Positions 19,718 through 30,918 of a stretch of DNA of 64,000 bases are shown here, in pieces. The position numbers and the translations under genes are program-made. The notes below the pieces were generated by a model. The model worked only from the letters and a program-made list of their open reading frames with translations, did no database searches and was not told where the DNA came from. The stretch is taken from positions 2,528,001 through 2,592,000 of the forward strand of contig OZ255836.1 in the NCBI GenBank assembly GCA_965277715.1. The letters run 5' to 3'. The number at the start of each line of letters is the position of its first letter. Within the stretch, counting starts at the first letter, position 1. The DNA comes from Gammaproteobacteria bacterium. Its GTDB lineage: Bacteria > Pseudomonadota > Gammaproteobacteria > JBCCGL01.

Positions 19718-21926
19718 ACACTTGAGCACGCTGCCTTAAAATCTGCTGCGCCAGCACAGGCGCGGCAACCAGTAAAGCAAAAATATCACTGCCCGTACTG
19801 GGTGCAACCAATAGCAACCCAGCCACTGCCATTAACAACCGCCATAACCCGGACAGTGGCTGTAAATAATACCCAGACACAGCTGTAGCAATCGCAAATA
19901 CCCCCATCGCACAGGTAATAGATACCTGTAAAAATGAGGTCACGGTAAAGTATTCCGGCAATACAATTAATATCGTCGGCGCGTAGACAAACACCATCGG
20001 CACCATTAATTTACCAATGCCCAATGTAAATGCATTAATACCGGTTCTAAACGGATTTGCATTAGCAATGCCCGCTGCGGCATAGGCCGAGGCACACACC
20101 GGCGGGGTTATTTCTGAAATTACCCCGTAATACAACACAAACATATGGGTCGCCAAAGGTGGCACACCCAAATTCGCCAAGGCAGGTTGAGCAACGGCGA
20201 CCAACATAATATAGAGCGCTGTCGTCGGCAGCCCTGCGCCCATCAATATACAGGCAATGGCGATCATCACCAGCGAGAGAAACTGCTGAATCGACGATTG
20301 GGAAAAAGCCTCTGACGGTATCCAGCTCAATAGCGGGAAAAGACTTTCCGCCATGTCCGCCGCACCACTGGTCACCATAAAACCCAATCGAAAACCAACC
20401 CCTGTGGTATTAATCACCCCAACGACAATACCTACCGCTGCGGAAGCCGCACCAACGGCAAGCGCGTACTGTACACCCACATGAAAGCTGTCGAATAAAT
20501 CCTTAAAACGGCTGCGCTGACCTTTGTGCAACAGGCTCAGCACCACCAGCCCACCTAAAATGCCCGCCATAACAGGTGAGAACCCCTCCCCACTCAAGGG
20601 TGACGCTTTCCAGAATATAAATGCCAATAAGGCAAACGGCACGACTAACGAGACCGGTCGCTGAAACGATGAAAAACCCACCACAACGCAAAGACTGATG
20701 CCCATAAACGCGGCCATATTCGGTGAATACCCTGAAAATAAAACAATCAGCAGGGCAACCAGCGGAATCACTGTAAACCAACCGTTGCGCCATACCTTAA
20801 TAAAGTTGGGCAATTGATCTTTTGGGTAGGTGTACAAGCCAAGCCTTTTCGCGGTGAAATGGACAATAGACAGCACACCGATGTAATGCATCATCGCGGG
20901 CACCAGCGCAGCAATGACGATAGTGGTGTAAGGCACTTCGAGGTATTCAGCCATGAGAAAACTGGCAGCCCCCATAATCGGCGGGGTAATTTGCCCACCG
21001 GCACTCGCTGCGGCTTCGACGCCACCGGCAAAGTGCCCTGGGTACCCCATTCTTTTCATATTGGGTATCGTCAGGGAACCCGTCGATACCGTATTGGCAA
21101 TCGATGACCCGGAGATAGTGCCAAAGAACGCCGAGGAAATCACACTGACCTTCGCTGGCCCGCCGGTATAACGCCCCGCGAGTATCATCGCATTGTCGAC
21201 AAAGAACTGCCCCAAGCCCATGCGTTGGGCGACCACACCAAACAATACAAAATGAAACACCACCGTTGACACTACCCACAAGGTGATGCCAAAAATCCCC
21301 TCAAATGGAAAATACATATTATTAATAAACTGACGCCAGTCGACACCGGGGTGCTGCAGTATTTGCGCAGGCATATAAGGGCCAAACAACGCAAAGATAA
21401 CAAATACCAGAATAATCATTGGCAGGATAAAGCCGATGGTGCGCCGCGCTATTTCAAGCGCTGCCAATACCAATACAGAGCCAAAAAAAACATCCAGGCC
21501 AGTTGGGTTGCCCTGGCGTAACATTTGCTCAGGTATATCCAAGCCAAATGACGAAAGGCCTCGCCAACTTACCCAGAGAAATAAGGCCGCCGCCATCGCC
21601 AGCAACATAAAAACCCAGTCGTAAAGCGGCACATTGCCCCAGGTCAAACGCCCTTTATTCTGATACTGCAATGCCGCTGCCGTTTTGAGCAACGGAAACC
21701 CCACAAAGATAAAAAAAAACAAACCGGCGAGGTGCACGCCCATATGCACATAATCCACTGGCGTACCAAAACCGGCCGTCCACAAATGGTAAAAGGCAAA
21801 TACGATGGACGCCCAATAAAGTACCTGCGAGAGTACCGGGCCATTTGCACGCGTATTTAAAGAGGTGTCGTATTTTTTCTCGATCTCTTCCAACGCCTTG
21901 GCATCCAGCGTTTTCTGCTCAGTCAT
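19716..21926 (-). CDS. TRAP transporter fused 4TM/12TM permease (TAXI type)
   Basis: GGPAKVSV.SS..FGTISGS..AN, EAAASAGGQITPPIMGA, ITPPV. Confidence 0.93.
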   Translation of the reverse strand: MTEQKTLDAKALEEIEKKYDTSLNTRANGPVLSQVLYWASIVFAFYHLWTAGFGTPVDYVHMGVHLAGLFFFIFVGFPLLKTAAALQYQNKGRLTWGNVPLYDWVFMLLAMAAALFLWVSWRGLSSFGLDIPEQMLRQGNPTGLDVFFGSVLVLAALEIARRTIGFILPMIILVFVIFALFGPYMPAQILQHPGVDWRQFINNMYFPFEGIFGITLWVVSTVVFHFVLFGVVAQRMGLGQFFVDNAMILAGRYTGGPAKVSVISSAFFGTISGSSIANTVSTGSLTIPNMKRMGYPGHFAGGVEAAASAGGQITPPIMGAASFLMAEYLEVPYTTIVIAALVPAMMHYIGVLSIVHFTAKRLGLYTYPKDQLPNFIKVWRNGWFTVIPLVALLIVLFSGYSPNMAAFMGISLCVVVGFSSFQRPVSLVVPFALLAFIFWKASPLSGEGFSPVMAGILGGLVVLSLLHKGQRSRFKDLFDSFHVGVQYALAVGAASAAVGIVVGVINTTGVGFRLGFMVTSGAADMAESLFPLLSWIPSEAFSQSSIQQFLSLVMIAIACILMGAGLPTTALYIMLVAVAQPALANLGVPPLATHMFVLYYGVISEITPPVCASAYAAAGIANANPFRTGINAFTLGIGKLMVPMVFVYAPTILIVLPEYFTVTSFLQVSITCAMGVFAIATAVSGYYLQPLSGLWRLLMAVAGLLLVAPSTGSDIFALLVAAPVLAQQILRQRAQV

Positions 21927-21958
21927 GTTACCTATCCGACTCGATGTGGCACAAATAG

Positions 21959-21987
21959 AAAAAGGGCGGCAAGTTGCCGCCCTTTTT
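21959..21987. terminator. Intergenic hairpin between TAXI receptor and permease
   Basis: AAAAAGGGCGGCAA-G-TTGCCGCCCTTTTT. Confidence 0.75.
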
Positions 21988-22026
21988 ACTCATTATCGCG
22001 TTGTAAAAACGCCTTGCTAAAAGATG

Positions 22027-23037
22027 TTACAGCATTCCCTGTTCTTTATAGAAACGCGCCGCCCCCGGATGCAGCGGCACACCAATGCCCGTAACCCCGT
22101 CAAGCGCGCTATCCAGTGTAATCACTTTACCCTTGGCATGACCATTATCCAGTAGCTTACGCGCTGTGTTAGACCACAAAGCCTTGGTGATTTCATAGAT
22201 AAGTGCCTCATCCTGATTGGCGTTGGTAACCAAAATACCGCTTACAGCCAGTGTGTTCACGTCATAGGTGACACCGGGATAAGTGCTCGCAGGAATAGTG
22301 GAGGGGATGTAATAGGGTACTGTGGCATTACCCATTTTTACCTCTTCATCGCTGAAGGAATAAAGCTCCATACCCTTGGTGTTGTCGAGCTGGATCATCG
22401 CGGCAACCGGTGTGCCCGCCGCATAGAAATAGGCATCCAACTGGCCATCAGCCAAGCGCTCGGCGCTCTGTGAGTTATTCAGCTCAGCTTCATCGATATT
22501 GTCGCGGTTAATACCGTGGTCGCCAATAATTAGCTCAACAGCGATTTGAGTCCCCGAACCGGCTTGCGCAATCCCGACGCGTTTGCCTTTGAGGTCAGCA
22601 AGGTTTTTCAGGCTGTCGCCCTTAGGCAACACCAGGTGCAGATCCTCTGGGTAAAGGTTGGCAATAATGCGCAGATCGGGCTTGGCATTATTTTTAAATT
22701 TACCAATGCCTTTATAGGCAAAGTGCAGTGTTGCCGCACCGGATAACCCCGCCTCCATTTGCCCCGCTTGAATCGCGTTGACATTATGCGCTGAAGCATT
22801 GGTGGATTGCGCCATCGCCACAAGCCCGGGCACGCCGCAGTTCCCGCCCTTATCACAGGCACGCGAACCGGGAGGGTTAGAAATAGCATTGGCTATAATG
22901 CCGCCAATAGGAAAATAAGTCCCACCGGCACCACCGGTGCCGATACGAAAAAACCGCATCTCTTCCGCCTGAACAACAGCGGCAGATGCCATAGCACATG
23001 TTAAAGCTGCGCTGACTAACGTCGTTTTTAATTTCAT
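22027..23037 (-). CDS. TAXI-family TRAP solute-binding protein
   Basis: Signal peptide, IGTGGAGGTYFPIG, LYPE..H, PLHPGA.RFYKE. Confidence 0.93.
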   Translation of the reverse strand: MKLKTTLVSAALTCAMASAAVVQAEEMRFFRIGTGGAGGTYFPIGGIIANAISNPPGSRACDKGGNCGVPGLVAMAQSTNASAHNVNAIQAGQMEAGLSGAATLHFAYKGIGKFKNNAKPDLRIIANLYPEDLHLVLPKGDSLKNLADLKGKRVGIAQAGSGTQIAVELIIGDHGINRDNIDEAELNNSQSAERLADGQLDAYFYAAGTPVAAMIQLDNTKGMELYSFSDEEVKMGNATVPYYIPSTIPASTYPGVTYDVNTLAVSGILVTNANQDEALIYEITKALWSNTARKLLDNGHAKGKVITLDSALDGVTGIGVPLHPGAARFYKEQGML

Positions 23038-23189
23038 TACTCAGTCCTCCTAAAGAACGTTTATTGATATAGCTTGAACCTAAATTCCTCAGTTGAATCT
23101 AGGTTGAAAGAATCAGGTCACTGTATTCAGTTTTTTACACCATTTATAACATACGCTGATAGTCCCCAGAGTAAAGACCCAATACCACG

Positions 23190-23456
23190 ATGTCTATAAT
23201 TTTTTATAGAGATACTCTAGCGCACCGCCAGGCGACCAAACTCCTGGAACATTTTGGCAAGCGGGTGCAGCGCTCGGTGTTCGAGATTTCCGTGGTATCG
23301 CAAGACGATTTACGCCGGCTGAGGAAGGCGTTGCTGAATTATCTGGAGCCGTTTGACGATTTGCGCTTTTACTCGCTATGCCGCGAGTGCCGGGGAAAAT
23401 ATCAAGATGCCAAAGGAGAAAGAGTGGCGGTGTTTCCCACTGCGGTGGTGGTGTAA
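23190..23456 (+). pseudogene. cas2: Orphan Cas2-like protein with degenerate N-terminus
   Basis: FGKRVQRSVFE and DDLRFY.LC..C motifs; canonical N-terminal YD motif absent. Confidence 0.7.
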
Positions 23457-23499
23457 CCTGACGTTATTCCAACCAGCCTTTTATATACACCCTATAAAA

Positions 23500-24129
23500 G
23501 CGACAAGCAAAGTAACCGCGCACACAGAGGCCGAAGCCAAAGCGCGCAAAATGACGATTACTGAAAAACCGCCGAGCATCCCCCACCCAGATTGGGCGTA
23601 CAACGTTGGCCAAGGTGCGCGAGTTGGCAAACTTACGGCCCTAAACCTGGATAATAGCTTGGCCGTGATAAAACTGAATTAGGCACTGGACAAACTCAGC
23701 GATACACAACTGAAAGCCCGGTTTTACAAACAACTGGGTATTGAAGAAGGCGGCTTATTTGTCGATGCCGTGGACGACCCTATGTGGGTGGGGGATGAAC
23801 TGTTCACCGCCGCCAGCGGTCACAGCAAACTGAAAAAATGCCAGCGGCACTTGTATCTTGATGAACTGGCAAACACCATCACCACGCCGGATGAAATCTA
23901 CCTAGAAGCCGAGACACTGAGCAACGGCAAAAGCCGGATTGTTAAAAAAATGTTGCGCTACTTCAAAACCGAAGACGGCAAAGACAAAGCACTAATGGCC
24001 ATATTTGAATACAGGGAGGACAAAACCCTGGGCGTAAGCGCCTACGTGGTCGAGGGTAAAGACAGCATCGAAAGAAAGCGTACAAAACGTTTAGTGTACA
24101 AAAAAGGCAGTGATGGTCCAGGCAATTGA
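23500..24129 (+). pseudogene. Phage MuF-linked PBECR2-like nuclease domain fragment
   Basis: PHPDWAYNVG (end of MuF head-morphogenesis domain), LANTI..PDEIY...RYF; in-frame TAG at 23680. Confidence 0.6.
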
Positions 24130-24644
24130 GTGGCCCGGGTTTTGTCCTATGCAATTGCGCAACCCATATACCCGGCATTCTGAACCTCACCGCCTTCAGT
24201 ATAGCCTATCATCAAGTGAAATAAACGAGGCCCGCCATGTGTGAGAATCTGGAACTGTTCGACGAATACACCGCCACGCTTTTTAGCACCCTGTACCAAA
24301 CCTTCCCGGTGAAGCAGGATATAGACATACTGGAACTGATCCGGCGCGATGAAATGAGCGACTTTGGCACCATCGTCAATGCCCAAGGCACCCCCTCAAA
24401 ACATGCAGAAGTCGCCTGGCATACGCTCAAATGTAATCGCTGGCGATTGTAAAAAACCTCAATATATTCAAAAATAGCTTGTCTGACCTCCTCTCGGGTT
24501 GACCAGCTTTGCTGGTAAATTAATGCTGTTTTCAGTGTGTGGAAAAAGCTTTCTGCAACACTATGACGCTCCTATGTCAATAGCGGGCCAAATTATTATC
24601 TAAATCGCTTAAAACGAGTGGGTACAACTCTCTAACAATATATC

Positions 24645-25137
24645 CTCTGTACAGGACAAAATAAATTAAGACATTGAAATAAAAAGAATAAATGTAAAGA
24701 TAAATCTCTTTCAAGTTGTCTGAGTTTCACGACAAGACCTAGCAACGTAAAATGAAAGAGATTTATCAACTGGTAAGTTTGTTGAGTATCAGCAGCGCTG
24801 GCAAATAGAGAGTTTATTCCAGGCATTAAAAGGTCGAGGGTTCGATATGGAAAAGACACATTTAACGAAACCTGATAGGGTTGAAAAACTACTGGTATTG
24901 GTGAGTTTAACATTTTGTTGGTGTTATCAGATTGGTCATAAACAGCAAAAAACCACACCGATCAAAAAGAAAAATCATGGCCGCCACAGTAAAAGTGTTT
25001 TTCGGTTAGGGTTGGAAACGGTTTCCCGGGTTGTTTTGAACATAGGGGAACAACAGTTGCAGTAGCAAATGCTGCTTCAACCTTTTAGACAATTAAAAAC
25101 CGACCTCTTATTGTTATAATAATTGTCCTGTACAGAG
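24645..25137 (+). mobile_element. Internally deleted IS4-family element (MITE-like)
   Basis: Inverted termini CTCTGTACAGGACAA / TTGTCCTGTACAGAG; residual WQIESLFQALKGRGFDMEKTHL...KKKNHGR..KSVFR.GL. Confidence 0.8.
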
Positions 25138-25311
25138 CCGATTGACTCAAAAGTGATTTCATCACCGAGCAAGTAATGGTTTGACAACCAGCCGTTTTTT
25201 ACCGCTGACATGACACGAATCCTCTATTGGCAGGCTCTTTGCAGTTATTCACTACGATAAGGGCATAATAAGCCAGACAATGCACACCCGGCAACGTGCA
25301 CCATAGCAACG

Positions 25312-26019
25312 CTATTTCAACTCATCAATCACTTGCTCAATACTGGTGTGCCGGATAACCCGCCCACTGACGGCATACACAACGTATTCACAGATATTGC
25401 AACTGTGATTGGCAATGCGCTCCAGTGAACGGGCGCACCATAAGGCGTTCAAGGCGTGTTTGATCTGCCGTGGATCTTCCATCATATGGGTGATCAACTG
25501 GCGCATCACACCATCGTATTCACGGTTGATTTTTGCATCTTCTGTGGCGACGGTTAAGGCCGCGTCAACATCCATACGGGCAAAGGCATCCAGGGTGCCC
25601 TGTAGCATGGTGCGCACGTGCTGGCCCAGGTTAGCGGTGCCCTGCAAGAGGGTATCCCCACCCCCTATCTCTGCCAGTTCCACCGCAAATCGCCCCAGTT
25701 TTTCCGCCTGGTCACCGATGCGCTCCAGGTCGGTAATGGTTTTTATGATCGTGACGATAACGCGCAGGTCGCTGGCAGCAGGCTGTCGCAGTGCGATGAT
25801 CTGTGTGCACTCCTCGTCTATTTCCACTTCCATTGCGTTGATTTTGTAATCGCTGGTGGCGACCTGTTGCCCCAACTCGCTGTCCAGTGTCAGCAGGGCA
25901 GTCAGACCATCACCCACCTGTTGTTCAACCAGGCCACCCATTGCCAATACTTTATTGCGCACATCATCCATTTCGTCGTTAAACTGGTGGGAAATGTGTT
26001 TACCGATATTCATTTGCAT
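25312..26019 (-). CDS. phoU: Phosphate signalling protein PhoU
   Basis: IALRQPAASDLR, DLERIGD, LERIANH; start taken at MQMNIGKHIS. Confidence 0.95.
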   Translation of the reverse strand: MQMNIGKHISHQFNDEMDDVRNKVLAMGGLVEQQVGDGLTALLTLDSELGQQVATSDYKINAMEVEIDEECTQIIALRQPAASDLRVIVTIIKTITDLERIGDQAEKLGRFAVELAEIGGGDTLLQGTANLGQHVRTMLQGTLDAFARMDVDAALTVATEDAKINREYDGVMRQLITHMMEDPRQIKHALNALWCARSLERIANHSCNICEYVVYAVSGRVIRHTSIEQVIDELK

Positions 26020-26032
26020 CGCTATACCCCCC

Positions 26033-26851
26033 CTAACCGTAGCGCCCGGTAATATAGTCTTCTGTTTGTTGTTTTTGCGGGTTGGTAAACACCTGCTCGG
26101 TGGCCCCAAACTCGACTAATTCGCCTAAATACATAAACGCGGTATTGTCTGAGACACGCGCCGCCTGCTGCATATTGTGGGTCACGATAACAATCGTGTA
26201 GCGGGTTTTAAGCTCGCTGATCAGTTCTTCAATTTTCAGGGTCGAGATGGGGTCGAGCGCCGAGGCCGGTTCGTCGAGCAATAAAACCTCTGGCTCCACG
26301 GCAATCGCCCGCGCAATCACCAGCCGCTGTTGTTGACCACCAGACAGGCCAAACGCGCTGTCGTGCAGGCGGTCTTTGACTTCATCCCACAGCGCAGCCC
26401 CACGCAATGAACGTTCAATCACTTCGTCGAGTATGCGCCGTTTGTTGATGCCCTGTAGACGCAGACCGTAGGCGACGTTTTCATAAATCGATTTGGGAAA
26501 CGGGTTGGGTTTTTGAAACACCATGCCAATACGGCGGCGCAGGACAGAGACGTTTACCTCGGGGGCGTAGATATTGTCGCTGTGCAGCAGTACCCTGCCT
26601 TCAATACGCACTGAATCAACCAGGTCGTTCATCCGGTTAAAACAGCGTAGTAGTGTCGATTTGCCGCAACCACTGGGGCCAATAAACGCGGTGACCTGCT
26701 GCCGGGGAATCGCCAGCGATACCGCATGTAAAGCCTGTTGCGCCGCATAGAAAAGATTTAGGTTCTCGACGTTAAGGCACACCTGTTCACTGTCAATGTG
26801 TGTGTCTGTCGATGCTGACCGGTTTGTCGTTGTTGAAGATAATGCAGTCAT
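26033..26851 (-). CDS. pstB: Phosphate ABC transporter ATPase
   Basis: [32 protein letters not shown]. Confidence 0.97.
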   Translation of the reverse strand: MTALSSTTTNRSASTDTHIDSEQVCLNVENLNLFYAAQQALHAVSLAIPRQQVTAFIGPSGCGKSTLLRCFNRMNDLVDSVRIEGRVLLHSDNIYAPEVNVSVLRRRIGMVFQKPNPFPKSIYENVAYGLRLQGINKRRILDEVIERSLRGAALWDEVKDRLHDSAFGLSGGQQQRLVIARAIAVEPEVLLLDEPASALDPISTLKIEELISELKTRYTIVIVTHNMQQAARVSDNTAFMYLGELVEFGATEQVFTNPQKQQTEDYITGRYG

Positions 26852-26868
26852 AGAGCGCGTCTTATCGG

Positions 26869-28575
26869 TTAGTTTTCGAGTGCTTTGTATTTTTCGCGCA
26901 AACGGTTGCGGATCGAAATAGCCAGTACATTAAGCAGGATAATCACCACAATCAATACCAGCGAGGTGGCATAGACCAGCGGGCGGGCCGCCTCGACATT
27001 CGGGCTTTGAAAGCCCACATCGTAGATGTGAAAACCCAGGTGCATAAATTTCCGCTCCAGGTGCAGAAACGGAAAGTTACCATCCAGTGGTAGCGAGGGC
27101 GCCAGCTTGACAACACCCACCAACATCAAAGGCGCCACCTCACCCGCAGCGCGGGCAATGGCGAGGATAACGCCGGTCATAATCGCCGGGCTGGCCATCG
27201 GCAATACTGTGTGCCAGAGCGTTTCGATTTTAGTGGCGCCCAATGCCAAAGAACCCTCACGAATAGACCGTGGCACCCGCGCTAAGCCCTCTTCAGTGGC
27301 TACAATCACCACCGGCACGGTCAACAGCGCCAGGGTCAACGACGCCCACAATAAACCGGGCGTGCCAAAGGTGGGGGCCGGTTTAAGTTCCGGGTAGAAC
27401 AGGGTATCGATGGAACCGCCGAGGAAATAAACAAAAAACCCCAGACCAAATACACCGTAGACAATCGATGGCACACCCGCCAGGTTGTTGACCGCGATGC
27501 GCACCAGGCGAATTAACACGCCCTGCCTGGCATACTCGCGCAAATACACCGCCGCAATCACCCCAAACGGGGTGACCAGTACCGACATTACCAGCACCAT
27601 CATCACCGTGCCGAAAATGGCGGGGAAAATGCCTCCTTCGGTATTCGCCTCGCGGGGTTCATCACTGAGGAAAGCCCCTAGCCGGGTGGCGTATAAGCCC
27701 AGTTTTTCCAGTGTGTGCATTTGGTTGGGCCGGTAAGCGCGCACGATTTGCGCCAGGGAGATATCCACGACCTGGCCGTCCATCACCCGCATTTGGATGC
27801 TGTCCCGCTGGCTCTGTTCGATAAGTCGATTCAACGCGGTCTGTAGCTGAGCATACTCGACGCCGAGCGCATCGCGGGCCGTGTGTAGCTCACTGGTTTT
27901 GCTTGCATCCAGCGCATTCTTCAGGGCCAGTTTTTTCTCCTGCAAACGCAGACGCTCGACCTGGTAGTTAATTTTTCCAATATCGCCGCGTTTGATTTGC
28001 TCAATTTGGTCATTCAGCGTCGCCACGCGCTCGATGCGCTTTTGCAGCGCATCCCACGCCATTTGACCACGCGCTTTGACGACGCCGTTTTCACTGACAC
28101 TCTCAAGGTAACCGTAAAAATTGCCCCACTCAAACCGTTCGATAACTAACAGGTCCCGGGGTTGTGATTGGCCTTGAATCAGCGGTGCAACCAGCCACTG
28201 GAAATCCAGACCATAGACATCCCGGTTGCCAGACTTGACCAGGTAACGGGTGACCAACGCCTCTGGCCGCACGTCATCGGCAGCCAACAAGGCGCGCAAG
28301 GCCTTGTTTGATGCCGCCAGTTGCTGGTGCGGCACGCGCTCTTCGCTGACAATCTCACCGATAATAACCGCCGTTTCACCGTTCTCCCCCTGGTAATCAA
28401 ATTGTTGTATATCCGCTGGCCAGAAGTGCCCCAGGCCACGTACAGCGATCAAGCCCAACAAGCCAATCACCATAACAATTGAAAGGGCAATCGCGCCCGC
28501 GTTGAGCCAAATCCACGGCTCGCCGCTTTTATGCCAGGGAGTTTTTTGCGGGGGTGTTTTTTGTGTGATGTCCAT
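26869..28575 (-). CDS. pstA: Phosphate ABC transporter permease (long form)
   Basis: [36 protein letters not shown]. Confidence 0.95.
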   Translation of the reverse strand: MDITQKTPPQKTPWHKSGEPWIWLNAGAIALSIVMVIGLLGLIAVRGLGHFWPADIQQFDYQGENGETAVIIGEIVSEERVPHQQLAASNKALRALLAADDVRPEALVTRYLVKSGNRDVYGLDFQWLVAPLIQGQSQPRDLLVIERFEWGNFYGYLESVSENGVVKARGQMAWDALQKRIERVATLNDQIEQIKRGDIGKINYQVERLRLQEKKLALKNALDASKTSELHTARDALGVEYAQLQTALNRLIEQSQRDSIQMRVMDGQVVDISLAQIVRAYRPNQMHTLEKLGLYATRLGAFLSDEPREANTEGGIFPAIFGTVMMVLVMSVLVTPFGVIAAVYLREYARQGVLIRLVRIAVNNLAGVPSIVYGVFGLGFFVYFLGGSIDTLFYPELKPAPTFGTPGLLWASLTLALLTVPVVIVATEEGLARVPRSIREGSLALGATKIETLWHTVLPMASPAIMTGVILAIARAAGEVAPLMLVGVVKLAPSLPLDGNFPFLHLERKFMHLGFHIYDVGFQSPNVEAARPLVYATSLVLIVVIILLNVLAISIRNRLREKYKALEN

Positions 28576-30845
28576 TACAGATTACTGTATTTTTCGCGCA
28601 GGCGTTGGCGTACCAACTCAGCGACGGTATTGAATAGAAAGGTCACAATAAACAGCACCAGTGCGGCGAGAAACAAGATGCGGTAGTGCGAGCTGCCCAG
28701 CTCTGACTCGGGCATTTCAACCGCGATATTGGCCGACAGCGTGCGCATACCTTCAAAGATATTAAAGTCCATGATCGGGGTATTGCCGGTGGCCATCAGG
28801 ACAATCATGGTTTCACCCACAGCGCGACCCAGGCCGATCATTACCGCCGAAAAGATACCGGGGCTGGCGGTTAAAATCACAACGCGTGAGAGGGTTTGCC
28901 AGGGTGTCGCCCCCAAAGCCAGGGAGCCGACACTGAGGTGTTTTGGCACGCCAAAAATGGCGTCTTCTGAAATGGAAAAGATCGTTGGAATCACCGCAAA
29001 CCCCATTGCCACCCCCACCACCAGCGCATTGCGCTGGTCAAAGGTAATGCCAATGCTGTCCAGCCATTGCGGTGCGTTGCCACCCGGCAACCACCCCTCC
29101 AGTAGCGGCCCGACGGCAAACGCCAGCCAGGTCACCGCCACGACCACGGGAATCAACAGCGCCGCATACCAGGCGCTTCCCAGGCGCTGCGCAAGCGCGG
29201 CGGGCAGGTGTGAACAGGCATAGCCAAACAGCAAAACAGCCAGCGGTAGTAGCAACAACAAGGCCCACACACCCATCAGATTTTTTTCCATCAGTGGCGC
29301 CAGCCACAGACCCGCCAGGAACCCCAGGATAACGGTGGGCAGTGCCTCCATAATCTCGATAGTGGGTTTCACCACCCTGCGCATGGCAGCGGACATAAAA
29401 TAAGCGGTATATATCGCCCCACAAATGGCCAGCGGTACAGCGAATAGCATGGCGTAAAAAGCCGCTTTTAAAGTACCAAAGGTCAGCGGTGCCAAGCTGA
29501 GCTTAGGCTCAAAGTCATTATTTGAAGCGGAGGATTGCCACAGGTATTCAGGCTGCTCAAAGCTTTCGTACCAGACTTTTTGCCACAGTGCCTGCCAGGA
29601 AATTTCCGGGTGCTCGCTGTGCAGTGACCAAACGTGCAATTGTCGATCGGTATCCTCGGCGATAAACCCGTTGCTGCGCGGGGAGACAACCAGACGGGCA
29701 AGGGGTTTTTCACTCACCTGGGCACTGGCGATATGCCGCTGTGCGGTGGTGTGCAAAATAGAAACGCCGCCACGGCTGTCTGCTGTGATAAAACCCTTGC
29801 GGCGTTGCTCGATAGCGATGGAGGTCAGGCGGGATAGGCCGCCCGAGGTATCATTATCTGCATCAAAATAGCGAATTTTTTGCAGGTGGGGCACGCCTTG
29901 CGCGTCACGTACAGGGAACCATTGTGAAACGGTGTTTTTGTCATCGGCGATCAAGAGTGAAAAACCACCCAACAATAAAGCACTCGCTGTCACCGTTTCA
30001 CCTGGCGCCAGTGTGGCAGTCGTTTCAACCAGTGTCGGCGCCGCTTTATCACTCACATCAATCGCGCTGACAACGCCTGTGGGGGTCACTGTATAGAGCG
30101 TCTGCTGCTCTGGGTCGAGCAGTATATTCTGCGCAGTGCCAAGCGGTTCGAGTGGCCATTCAAATACCGACGTCTCCTCTAACTCCGCCTCAATACTGTC
30201 TTCACCGATGCCCTCCTCTTTTAGGAACGTGGCCAACTGCAAGCCATCCGTCACCCGTGCGACAAAGGTAATCTGCTCTTCGTTATTCCCCACTGCAAGT
30301 TGTTGCAGGGCATCACCCTGTTCACTCACCTCCAGCGTTTCCTCACCCAATGGAAATACCAATACCGGGTCTATATAGCGCGTATCACCAACAAAGCGCG
30401 CCCTGTATTGATGGCTGGCGACCAACACCGTGCCATCATCCAGACCCAGCGCAAACCAGCCCCGCCGTGCGTCGACCTCAGCAAAACTGCTGATTGATGC
30501 GCCGTCGGGAACAGGCAGCACATGGCTGGATAGCGTCTCACCATTCGATAAATCAAAAAATAATAATTCGCCGAGGTGATTGATACGCACACCGATCTCA
30601 AACTGCTCATCGATACCAAGATAGAGCGTGTCACCGCCGCCGGGTGCCTGAAAGGTATGCAGCGGTTCAAGTTTTGCGGCATTAAATATCGGGTACACAA
30701 CCGACAACAGGTAGACAAAGATCAGCACGATGGCCGCGATAACACTGATACCCCCCGCCCCCACCAAATAACGGGCAACGATGTCCTTTAAAGTGCGGAG
30801 GTTATCGCGCCTTTGCTGCTTGAAAGTGTGGTGGGGTGTTTGCAT
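28575..30845 (-). CDS. pstC: Phosphate ABC transporter permease (long form with periplasmic domain)
   Basis: GTLKAA, EALPTVILG, GRAVGETMIVLMATGN. Confidence 0.95.
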   Translation of the reverse strand: MQTPHHTFKQQRRDNLRTLKDIVARYLVGAGGISVIAAIVLIFVYLLSVVYPIFNAAKLEPLHTFQAPGGGDTLYLGIDEQFEIGVRINHLGELLFFDLSNGETLSSHVLPVPDGASISSFAEVDARRGWFALGLDDGTVLVASHQYRARFVGDTRYIDPVLVFPLGEETLEVSEQGDALQQLAVGNNEEQITFVARVTDGLQLATFLKEEGIGEDSIEAELEETSVFEWPLEPLGTAQNILLDPEQQTLYTVTPTGVVSAIDVSDKAAPTLVETTATLAPGETVTASALLLGGFSLLIADDKNTVSQWFPVRDAQGVPHLQKIRYFDADNDTSGGLSRLTSIAIEQRRKGFITADSRGGVSILHTTAQRHIASAQVSEKPLARLVVSPRSNGFIAEDTDRQLHVWSLHSEHPEISWQALWQKVWYESFEQPEYLWQSSASNNDFEPKLSLAPLTFGTLKAAFYAMLFAVPLAICGAIYTAYFMSAAMRRVVKPTIEIMEALPTVILGFLAGLWLAPLMEKNLMGVWALLLLLPLAVLLFGYACSHLPAALAQRLGSAWYAALLIPVVVAVTWLAFAVGPLLEGWLPGGNAPQWLDSIGITFDQRNALVVGVAMGFAVIPTIFSISEDAIFGVPKHLSVGSLALGATPWQTLSRVVILTASPGIFSAVMIGLGRAVGETMIVLMATGNTPIMDFNIFEGMRTLSANIAVEMPESELGSSHYRILFLAALVLFIVTFLFNTVAELVRQRLREKYSNL

Positions 30846-30867
30846 TAGGGCACTTTAACAAGAGATT

Positions 30868-30885
30868 GTGACAAACACATGACAA
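30868..30885 (-). promoter_or_regulatory. Pho box upstream of pstC
   Basis: TTGTCAT-GTGT-TTGTCAC, then 10 nt, then TAAAGT (-10-like). Confidence 0.7.
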
Positions 30886-30918
30886 CGGTAAGCATACAAA
30901 AAAGAGTGCCGCTCTCTT

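Noticed and set aside
24237-24452. 71-aa ORF as an immunity protein for the PBECR2-like domain
   Set aside because: Not translationally coupled, looks truncated and has no recognisable family
24530-24562. IS3-like scrap (VAESFFHTLK on the minus strand)
   Set aside because: About 30 bp, too short to annotate as an element
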